From: Halorussus marinus
GTDB lineage: Archaea > Halobacteriota > Halobacteria > Halobacteriales > Haladaptataceae
Reading direction: 5' to 3'
DNA length: 64,000 nt
NCBI RefSeq assembly: GCF_004765795.1
Contig: NZ_SBIV01000007.1
Span: forward strand, 1 to 64,000
The position numbers were made by a program, and so were the translations under genes. Shown piece by piece: positions 29,834-35,889 of the stretch. The stretch's first letter is position 1. The number at the start of each line of letters is the position of its first letter. The notes below the pieces were generated by a model. That model did not search any database and was not told the DNA's origin. It saw nothing but the letters and a program-made list of their open reading frames with translations.

Positions 29834-31363
29834 CTAGGTCGGCTCGAACGCCTCGATTTCATCGATGATCTGCTTCGGATTCTCGGCGTGTTCGATGAAC
29901 GAGAGGACGTTCTCTGACCATCCCGAGATGTTGTAGACGTTCTCGTAGCCTTCTGGCGTCACTAGGTCTCCGTAGGCCGCGAGATCGACGAGATACAGCG
30001 CGGTGTCCGCAGACACCGCGTCTCGATACGCATCGAACGCGTCCTTGACCGTCTGGGAATCGCGGGCCGTGAACGGCGTGTTGTCCCAGATCTGCATATC
30101 GGTGAAGACGACGATGCGTTCGACGGGCTCACCTCGCTCGCGGAGGTAATCGATTGCCTTCCAGCCGTTCGTCGAGTTCCCGGTATCCTCGTCGATCGCC
30201 AACACCGCTGCTTGGCGCTGCAGGACTGGCGTGTCGACGTGCATCGGAACGGTCTGGAAGTCGTCGCCGAACCCGCCGACGTCAGCACCTTGGTCGGCCA
30301 GGATCGCACCGAACAACGCACCGATCTCCTTCAGTCGGAGCGTGCTGTTCGCGGACAGCGGCTGATCCATCGACCCTGACAGGTCGACCGCGACAAAGGT
30401 ATCGCCGAATCCGCCAGGCACCGTCTCGACCGCGACATCAATTGCATCTTCGAGCCACTGCTCGACCGTCGGTGCCTGGACGTCCGCGTCTTGCAGCGCG
30501 GTGTAGGCCTGGTAGTACCGGAACGGGTACAGCGGCGCGTGTCGGACGGCCTCCAGGTCGAGGTGATCCACGACGGTGTCCTCCGGCACGCCGGCTTCGA
30601 GCATATTCCGGAGGTTCCGGATCGACGCGAAGATGGGCAGCGTGTACTCGTCGTCCTCGATGAGCAGTTCCCAGGCGGCTTGGGTGTTGCCGCGCTCGGA
30701 AATAACCGTCTCCCACGTGTTCGGCGCCGGCAACGGGTCGACGTCGGGATAGTCGTCAAGGCCACCACGCATGAACCGCTCGAAGAGCGCTTCCTGCTCG
30801 GCGTCGACGGGCGTGGGGTGGACGCGGTTGAAGACGTCGTGCAGCGTCACCTCGCGCCGCGACAGGTCGTACTTGCCCAGCGTGTAGGCGTCGGCCATCT
30901 CCACCAGTGCGTCCTCGATCCCGCGTCGAAGCGGCCACGGCGCAGTCCCGCCGAACAGCTGATCGTGGACCGCGAGCGCGGTGGCCGTCTCGTCCATCCG
31001 CTGGATGATCGCCGGCGCCCATTCGCGGATGAGCGACTCGGGGGAGTCGTCCTTGAATCGGTCGTCGTTGGCTGCCAGTACGAGTAGCACTTGTGGGATG
31101 TCCCGCAAGTAGAGCTCCTGGCGAGCATAGGCCGCGAGCTTCAGGACGAACTCCGGGTCCTCGTTTGCGGCGGCATCGAACTGGCGAACGACAGCAGCCA
31201 GCTGCTCGTCATCGGTCTCGTAGAACGACCCCTCCAGCAGCTGGTTGATCGTGCGCTTGTACAGTGCGAGTAGGGGGTCGGCAGGCTCGAACGCTTCCCC
31301 ACCTTCGTAGTTGGTGGTCCGCGTTGCCTCCGCGACCGTTTGCTTTGGCGTGTTGAATTCCAT
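29834..31363 (-). CDS. rsr: Ro60 / TROVE-domain RNA-binding protein (Rsr-like) with vWA domain
   Basis: TROVE motifs TTNYEGGEAF, DPEFVLKLAAYAR..LYLRD.P, DAYTLGKY, TWET, ASIRNLRN, YPFRYY; vWA MIDAS DLSGSM and VFTDMQ; SD GGTGA upstream. Confidence 0.93.
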   Translation of the reverse strand: MEFNTPKQTVAEATRTTNYEGGEAFEPADPLLALYKRTINQLLEGSFYETDDEQLAAVVRQFDAAANEDPEFVLKLAAYARQELYLRDIPQVLLVLAANDDRFKDDSPESLIREWAPAIIQRMDETATALAVHDQLFGGTAPWPLRRGIEDALVEMADAYTLGKYDLSRREVTLHDVFNRVHPTPVDAEQEALFERFMRGGLDDYPDVDPLPAPNTWETVISERGNTQAAWELLIEDDEYTLPIFASIRNLRNMLEAGVPEDTVVDHLDLEAVRHAPLYPFRYYQAYTALQDADVQAPTVEQWLEDAIDVAVETVPGGFGDTFVAVDLSGSMDQPLSANSTLRLKEIGALFGAILADQGADVGGFGDDFQTVPMHVDTPVLQRQAAVLAIDEDTGNSTNGWKAIDYLRERGEPVERIVVFTDMQIWDNTPFTARDSQTVKDAFDAYRDAVSADTALYLVDLAAYGDLVTPEGYENVYNISGWSENVLSFIEHAENPKQIIDEIEAFEPT

Positions 31364-31371
31364 CCTATCAC

Positions 31372-31473
31372 CCGGAGCCGCAACAGGCGACTCCGATTTT
31401 GGTGCTGCTCACACGTGGTGCGAGCAGCGAGTCTCGGGAGCGAAATTTCCCGAACCAGCCTCGCATCGCTCGG
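31372..31473 (-). ncRNA. Degenerate Y-RNA-like element (Y0) immediately upstream of rsr
   Basis: Terminal pairing CCGAGC/GCTCCGG; GCGA opposite TGTTGCG (cf. GGTTGCC in Y3); GGC/GCC; AAATTTC variant of the YUNCUUC motif; internal GCTGCTCGCAC/GTGTGAGCAGC hairpin. Confidence 0.45.
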
Positions 31474-31478
31474 CTGGA

Positions 31479-31553
31479 CGTTCCCGGCACGATTCGAACG
31501 TGCGACACCCGGCTTCGAAGGCCGGTGCTCTGTCCTGACTGAGCTACGGGAAC
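31479..31553 (-). tRNA. tRNA-Arg(TCG)
   Basis: Canonical cloverleaf: GTTCCCG TA GCTC..GAGC A CCGGC CTTCGAA GCCGG GTGTC GCACG TTCGAAT CGTGC CGGGAAC G. Confidence 0.95.
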
Positions 31554-31556
31554 ACG

Positions 31557-31640
31557 AGTGGCCGAACAATTTCTGGAGCGAACGACGGGATTCGAACCCG
31601 TAGCGTGCCATCGACGTAGCGCTCCAGATCGACGGCCACT
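31557..31640 (-). ncRNA. Y-RNA-like ncRNA Y1 (84 nt)
   Basis: AGTGGCCG/CGGCCACT stem; TCGA x AATTGTT loop; TCTGGAGCG/CGCTCCAGA 9 bp; CTACGTC; T-arm ACGGG TTCGAAT CCCGT; no anticodon arm. Confidence 0.75.
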
Positions 31641-31647
31641 GGCGACA

Positions 31648-31795
31648 CGGCGACCGGAAAACTGTCGGAGCGGGACCGGTGTCGAGCGTCCTCTCGGACG
31701 CTCTTTGTCCGGGATGTTCTCGATGGACTGCGCCACCGACAGGATTTGAACCTGCGAGTTCCTGGCGAAGCAACGCTCCGACTCGACGGTCGCCA
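31648..31795 (-). ncRNA. Y-RNA-like ncRNA Y2 (~148 nt)
   Basis: TGGCGACCG/CGGTCGCCG; TCGA x AGTTTTC; GTCGGAGCG/CGCTCCGAC; TTGCTTC; T-arm GCAGG TTCAAAT CCTGT; extra GAGCGTCC-GAGA-GGACGCTC GNRA hairpin. Confidence 0.75.
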
Positions 31796-31887
31796 CGTGC
31801 GGTCGGGCAACCGGTGGTGCGACGGGCTATGACTCCCGTTGGTGTGCTTTGCGGGCGAAGAAACGCACCACCTCGACGACCACACGC
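31795..31887 (-). ncRNA. Y-RNA-like ncRNA Y3 (~93 nt)
   Basis: GCGTGTGGTCG/CGACCGCACGT; TCGA x GGTTGCC; GGTGGTGCG/CGCACCACC; TTTCTTC; T-arm-like ACGGG AGTCATAG CCCGT. Confidence 0.72.
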
Positions 31888-31889
31888 TT

Positions 31890-31976
31890 GGGGAAAGCCG
31901 ACCGTGACAGCGTCACAGATCCGTGGCTGCCCGCTATGTCAGACACGGAATAAACGCTGTCAGGGCCAGCCTCCCC
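31890..31976 (-). ncRNA. Rod-like structured RNA related to the Y module
   Basis: GGGGAGGCTGGCC/GGTCGGCTTTCCCC, TGACAGCGT/ACGCTGTCA, TCCGTG/CACGGA; ...GCG followed by TTTATTC; lacks the TCGA loop. Confidence 0.5.
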
Positions 31977-31979
31977 GAG

Positions 31980-32055
31980 TGCTCCCGAGGGGAATCGAAC
32001 CCCCGAACTCCACCTTGAAAGGGTGGCGTCTCTCGCCAACGGAGACTCCGGGAGC
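31980..32055 (-). tRNA. tRNA-Glu(TTC), non-canonical G8 and D-arm
   Basis: GCTCCCG GA GTCT CCGTTGGCGAG AGAC G CCACC CTTTCAA GGTGG AGTTC GGGGG TTCGATT CCCCT CGGGAGC A. Confidence 0.88.
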
Positions 32056-32102
32056 GCAGTAGGGACGAAATCAAGCGCTGAGGTGCGGCGGATACGCACG
32101 GA

Positions 32103-32507
32103 TTATCGCAGGCGTTCGAAGCCCTCGAGTTGCCCGTGCGTGAACGTCACTTGATACGTGACGAGTGTATCGAGATCCTCGAAGGAGTGTTTGAGCTTGA
32201 AGCGGCCGTGGTAGTCCTCTCGTTCGATCCAGCCGTCGTGGACTCGGTTCCGACTGCCGGCCATGTAGCGAAAATCGTCCTCGTCGACGTCGTCACGGCT
32301 CGCGTATGGCCGGTCTTCTGGCGGGACCGCTTCGGTGTGCCACTCCTCTTCGAGGAGCCGACCGTCCGCCGTAATCCGAAATGTGGTCATGGTCGGTCGA
32401 TCGATGCCTTTCGTCTGCCAGTCGACATCCTCGGCAGGAGTAATCCCTTCGGGGTACTCTGGCAGGTGGACGTCGTCGTAGAGTTCGACTGTATCGAATA
32501 GGCTCAT
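32103..32507 (-). CDS. Hypothetical protein embedded in the tRNA operon (SLFD...WQTK...FRITADGRL)
   Basis: 134-aa acidic ORF co-oriented with the tRNAs; haloarchaeal codon usage. Confidence 0.75.
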   Translation of the reverse strand: MSLFDTVELYDDVHLPEYPEGITPAEDVDWQTKGIDRPTMTTFRITADGRLLEEEWHTEAVPPEDRPYASRDDVDEDDFRYMAGSRNRVHDGWIEREDYHGRFKLKHSFEDLDTLVTYQVTFTHGQLEGFERLR

Positions 32508-32686
32508 CTTGATACATCGAGGGAATCCCGCCCTTCCCGTGAGTGAAGAGTGTTCCAACTGGTCGGAACCGAGAAACGAACAGGGCGGGAGGGAATCGTG
32601 TAATCTTCGGGCGACAACCGCCAGGACTGTCGTCTAACTGAATACCGGACGTAAGTGTTTACTTACACGGCTACTTACATAGCTCT

Positions 32687-32827
32687 GTGCGAACCGACGT
32701 GGATATGGAGCGGGACGGCGACCTACACGAACGGGTCAAAGAATACGCCCGTGAGAACGGTATCCGCCACCCACGAGCATACCGCGAGCTAATCGAGAAG
32801 GGATTAGAGGCCGCCGATGCCGACTAA
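32687..32827 (+). CDS. Small RHH-like protein upstream of tnpB (IS passenger or regulator)
   Basis: Manual translation VRTDVDMERDGDLHERVKEYARENGIRHPRAYRELIEKGLEAADAD*; overlaps the tnpB start. Confidence 0.6.
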   Translation: MRTDVDMERDGDLHERVKEYARENGIRHPRAYRELIEKGLEAADAD

Positions 32828-34058
32828 GACGCTCGAAGCGACACTCGCGCCGCCGACAGCCCACAAAGAGCGAAAGCTACAGGAACTCCACGACCTGTAT
32901 CACGAAGGGCTACACGAGGCGTTCGAGGCTGGCGCTGATACGCAGTCAGCAGTCAACGACATTGTGACTTCCTACGACCTGCCGTATCAGGTCAAAGACG
33001 CGCTCAAAAACTACGTGCCGTCGTTGGATGATGCACAGGAATTGAGCGACGGCCACCCGACACGAATGGTCAACCGTGCCGCTCGCTTCGACTACTCGGA
33101 GGACCGAACACACAGCTACGTGTGGGAAGTCCCCCAACCCGGACGCGGGACGAATTTCTGGATTCCGCTTCGCATCAACCCCGAACAGGAACATCTGTGG
33201 GCCGACCTGCTGGCCGGGAATGTCTCGCCCGGTCAACTCCAACTGATACAGAATCGAACATCATGGATGCTACACGTCGCTGTCGAGTATCCTGTCGAAG
33301 AGCCCGATCACGATACCGACAACGACGATGTGACGCACATCGGTCTGGACATTGGTGAATCGTCTCTTATTATGGGCTGTGCCCTCAAAGACGGTTCACC
33401 GACCCGCCCGCTTGTGTGTGACGGGAGCCGTGCGAAGCATCTCCGCAAAGAGATGTACACCACACTGAAACGACTGCAAGAGCGAGACGCAGCCGAGTGG
33501 CGGATCGACGAGCGATTCGACCACTATCAAAACGCCCTTACCGATATTGTCGAGAAGGCGTCTCGACAGGCTGTCGAGTACGCCCGGCAATTCGAGAAGC
33601 CGGTTCTGGTGATGGAAGACCTGACGTACATCCGCGAGTCGCTTGATTGCGGCGAATTCATGAACCGGCGGCTTCATGCGTGGGCGTTCGCTCGATTGCA
33701 GGACCGTATCGAGGACAAAGCCACCGAAGCGGGAATCCCGACGATGTACGTCAATGCCGCGTACACGTCGCAGATGTGCCACGAGTGCGGTCACATCGGC
33801 TATCGAGACGGTGGCGGAGAGTTTCACTGTACGCACGACGAGTGCCACGTCACGACGTTTGAGGGCGATATAAACGGCGCTATCAATATCGCACAGCGGG
33901 CAGACCCGTGGGGAGAGAGCGTGCCGCTGAAACCGGCAGGCAATGACTCGCCTCGGGATGGGAGTGCCTGTGACAGCACCACGACCCACACCGAGCAGAG
34001 CCAATCAGAGCAGATGACGCTCAGTGAGTTCGGGTCGAAACCCACTGCCAGCGACTAG
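32817..34058 (+). CDS. tnpB: TnpB, RNA-guided endonuclease
   Basis: GLDIG, VMEDL, YTSQMCHECG, C...C, DINGAINIA. Confidence 0.92.
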   Translation: MPTKTLEATLAPPTAHKERKLQELHDLYHEGLHEAFEAGADTQSAVNDIVTSYDLPYQVKDALKNYVPSLDDAQELSDGHPTRMVNRAARFDYSEDRTHSYVWEVPQPGRGTNFWIPLRINPEQEHLWADLLAGNVSPGQLQLIQNRTSWMLHVAVEYPVEEPDHDTDNDDVTHIGLDIGESSLIMGCALKDGSPTRPLVCDGSRAKHLRKEMYTTLKRLQERDAAEWRIDERFDHYQNALTDIVEKASRQAVEYARQFEKPVLVMEDLTYIRESLDCGEFMNRRLHAWAFARLQDRIEDKATEAGIPTMYVNAAYTSQMCHECGHIGYRDGGGEFHCTHDECHVTTFEGDINGAINIAQRADPWGESVPLKPAGNDSPRDGSACDSTTTHTEQSQSEQMTLSEFGSKPTASD

Positions 34059-34122
34059 CTGGTATTCCTACGCAGGGAAGCGGCGCCGTTCACGGCGCGG
34101 AGGATGTCACTGTTGTCCTCCA

Positions 34123-34193
34123 TTGCGGGACCAGGAGTCGAACCTGGGCCTCGGGGATATGAGCCCCGTGGACTGCCATTATCCTATCCCGCA
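34123..34193 (-). tRNA. tRNA-Met(CAT), initiator-like
   Basis: TGCGGGA TA GGAT AATGGCA GTCC A CGGGG CTCATAT CCCCG AGGC CCAGG TTCGACT CCTGG TCCCGCA A; consecutive G-C pairs in the anticodon stem; U1-A72. Confidence 0.88.
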
Positions 34194-34296
34194 GCACACA
34201 ATTCGGAACTCACTCATGGACATCTCTCAGTTCTCCACAGCTGTCCGTCCCTCAGTTTCGTCGGCTGGAAGTGAGAGGTCTCGGACTGTTGGAGAA

Positions 34297-34369
34297 TGCT
34301 CCAGCCCGGATTCGAACCGGGGGCTCGGCCGTGAGAGGGCCGTGAGTTTGGCCGCTACTCCACTGGAGC
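34297..34369 (-). tRNA. tRNA-Glu(CTC)
   Basis: GCTCCAG TG GAGT..ACTC A CGGCC CTCTCAC GGCCG AGCC CCCGG TTCGAAT CCGGG CTGGAGC A. Confidence 0.93.
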
Positions 34370-34403
34370 GGGTTGGCCTCGTCTGGAACGGGTCGTCGGC
34401 TAG

Positions 34404-34530
34404 TGGGACGGGCAGGATTCGAACCTGCGTGTTCTCGTTACAAGTGAGATGAAGGAACTCTCACCGTCGCACCGGGTCTCCGGTGAAAACTCGGCGAGAG
34501 TGTGTGAATGCCAGGCTCTTCCACCGTCCC
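34404..34530 (-). ncRNA. YrlA-like tRNA-mimic Y RNA: tRNA body (TGT anticodon-like loop) carrying a permuted Y module
   Basis: Acceptor GGGACGG/CCGTCCC-A; D-like GAAGAGCCTGGCATTC; insert CTCTCGCCG AGTTTTC ACCGG-AGAC-CCGGT GCGA CGGTGAGAG TTCCTTC; then TCTCA CTTGTAA CGAGA; T-arm GCAGG TTCGAAT CCTGC. Confidence 0.75.
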
Positions 34531-34534
34531 GCAG

Positions 34535-34606
34535 TCTCCCCAGCACGACTCGAACGTGCGTCTCCTCCTCTACAGGGAGGCATCGTAGCCGCTACACCAC
34601 AGGGAG
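34535..34606 (-). tRNA. tRNA-Tyr(GTA)
   Basis: CTCCCTG..CCTCC CTGTAGA GGAGG AGAC GCACG TTCGAGT CGTGC TGGGGAG A; archaeal C1-G72 and A73; weak D-stem. Confidence 0.85.
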
Positions 34607-34610
34607 AAAA

Positions 34611-34693
34611 TGTCGCCGCGAGGATTCGAACCTCGGAAGGACCTACGCCAGCGGGTCTGAGCCACTTCTCGTTGACCACTTGAGTACGGCGAC
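34611..34693 (-). tRNA. tRNA-Leu(CAG)
   Basis: GTCGCCG/CGGCGAC-A; AGTGG CTCAGAC CCGCT; long variable arm; CGAGG TTCGAAT CCTCG. Confidence 0.9.
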
Positions 34694-34735
34694 GGAACGG
34701 TGAAGCAATGATTGTCTCCCGGCACGACGGCCGGA

Positions 34736-34817
34736 TGCCGCCACCAGGATTCGAACCTGGGAAGGACTAACCACACGGGTCTCGACCGTGTCCGTTCGAC
34801 CACTCTGGCATGGCGGC
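34736..34817 (-). tRNA. tRNA-Leu(GAG), C33 variant
   Basis: GCCGCCA/TGGCGGC-A; CACGG TCGAGAC CCGTG; long variable arm; CCAGG TTCGAAT CCTGG. Confidence 0.88.
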
Positions 34818-34864
34818 GCAATTCGAGAATCGCCGGCGACTCTGCGAATCACTTCGGCACGCAG

Positions 34865-34950
34865 CGGCGGGAGAGCGATTTGAACACTCGTGTCCTTGCG
34901 GACGCTGCGGTTCCAACACAGTCCCTTGACCAAGCTAGGGAAACCCCGCC
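34865..34950 (-). tRNA. tRNA-Ser(GGA)
   Basis: GGCGGGG/TCCCGCC-G; CTGTG TTGGAAC CGCAG; variable arm GTCC GCAA GGAC; GAGTG TTCAAAT CGCTC. Confidence 0.88.
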
Positions 34951-34952
34951 AA

Positions 34953-35034
34953 CGGTGAGACGGAGAGTCGAACTCCGAAGACTCCCGGCTCTCGGTTTCA
35001 AACCGAGCGCGGTCGCCTATCCGCATGTCTCACC
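34953..35034 (-). tRNA. tRNA-Ser(TGA), C8 and atypical D-arm
   Basis: GGTGAGA/TCTCACC-G; CTCGG TTTGAAA CCGAG; variable arm; CGGAG TTCGACT CTCCG. Confidence 0.85.
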
Positions 35035-35176
35035 ATCTCCGTCGGAACTTGCTCCGATGAGCCCGCCTCGCGTTTCTCACCAGGACACCGAAAGACGCGC
35101 ATTACTCAGCTTCTGAGCTTTACTACCGAGGCGAATGTGTTCATCAGCATCCAGTCACGGCAGGGATGGATGGCGG

Positions 35177-35317
35177 TCACCTCGTTCCGTGGAAGTATGC
35201 GCCGTCCTCGGTGACGCAGATTTCCACGCTTCCAATCGTGTCGATGGACGTTGTTTCACCGAGCGGGACGTGACGGAACGCTTCCTCCTCGCAGGTAGGG
35301 CAGACATTCGTTGTCAT
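35177..35317 (-). CDS. 46-aa micro-protein with CPTC motif (small Zn-finger-like), inside the tRNA array
   Basis: MTTNVCPTCEEEAFRHVPLGETTSIDTIGSVEICVTEDGAYFHGTR*; ATG 2 nt after the 3' end of tRNA-Ser(GCT). Confidence 0.6.
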   Translation of the reverse strand: MTTNVCPTCEEEAFRHVPLGETTSIDTIGSVEICVTEDGAYFHGTR

Positions 35318-35319
35318 GA

Positions 35320-35406
35320 CGCCGCGACCCGGATTCGAACCGGGAGACCGATAGCAGACGGCCACGGCATAGCAGGCCGCTGGGTTCCCCAATACCCAGT
35401 CACGGC
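35320..35406 (-). tRNA. tRNA-Ser(GCT), C8 and extendable D-stem
   Basis: GCCGTGA/TCGCGGC-G; GGGT..ACCC; GCGGC CTGCTAT GCCGT; long variable arm; CCCGG TTCGAAT CCGGG. Confidence 0.87.
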
Positions 35407-35410
35407 ACAG

Positions 35411-35483
35411 TGAGCCGACGAGGATTCGAACCTCGGTCCTGTGCGCCCGATGCACAGATCGTCGTCCGCTGGACCATCGGCTC
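35411..35483 (-). tRNA. tRNA-Pro(CGG)
   Basis: GAGCCGA/TCGGCTC-A; TGTGC ATCGGGC GCACA; CGAGG TTCGAAT CCTCG. Confidence 0.87.
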
Positions 35484-35732
35484 ACGGGACTGCCGAGCGT
35501 TCGGCAGCTGATTATCTATCTGTACGACTTTCCAGCTGCGCAACCACGAACGGGTGGTCGTGGTTGCGCGTCTCATCGCGGGGGCGTACTTCGGGTGCTC
35601 CCGGGAATACCACACCGGCTCATGTAGGTTGCAGACCCTGCTGGGCCCAGCATCGTCGGAACGATCCAGCTGATCGCACCAACGGGCTGCCTACCTCGAT
35701 GGGTATCCCCACGTGGCCACGCCACGCATCCA

Positions 35733-35806
35733 CGCCGACGCCGGGATTTGAACCCGGATCACGGCCGTGACAGGACCGTATGCTCGCCGGATTACACCAC
35801 GTCGGC
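35733..35806 (-). tRNA. tRNA-Asp(GTC)
   Basis: GCCGACG/CGTCGGC-G; CGGTC CTGTCAC GGCCG; CCGGG TTCAAAT CCCGG. Confidence 0.93.
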
Positions 35807-35809
35807 ATG

Positions 35810-35885
35810 TCGCCCCGGCCGGAATCGAACCGGCGACCTCCGGATTCAAAGTCCGGCGTCCCTCGCCAGCGGAGACTCCGGGGCT
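35810..35885 (-). tRNA. tRNA-Gln(TTG), G8 and 1-72 mismatch
   Basis: AGCCCCG GA GTCT CCGCTGGCGAG GGAC G CCGGA CTTTGAA TCCGG AGGTC GCCGG TTCGATT CCGGC CGGGGCG A. Confidence 0.86.
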
Positions 35886-35889
35886 CGAC

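Larger units (their letters stand above)
32605..34110 (+). mobile_element. IS1341-type element 4, inserted antisense in the tRNA/Y-RNA operon
   Basis: Right end gcgccgttcacggcgc-ggaggatgTCAC at 34110; left-end hairpin ggcgacaa..tgtcgtc near 32610-32635 (boundary approximate). Confidence 0.75.

Noticed and set aside
31729..31820. Alternative single tRNA-like fold (GCACCACCG/CGGTGGCGC acceptor with the TTCAAAT T-arm)
   Set aside because: It has a mismatch and no proper D or anticodon arm; the same bases pair perfectly in the Y2 and Y3 modules, which match Y1.
34404..34530. tRNA-Thr(TGT) with a non-canonical D-loop intron
   Set aside because: No bulge-helix-bulge motif found, the acceptor lacks Thr identity, and the insert matches the Y module. 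Kept only as the alternative hypothesis.
34953..35406. tRNA-Sec or tRNA-Pyl, suggested by the long D-stems
   Set aside because: Anticodons are TGA and GCT (Ser), not TCA or CTA, and acceptor stems are 7 bp.
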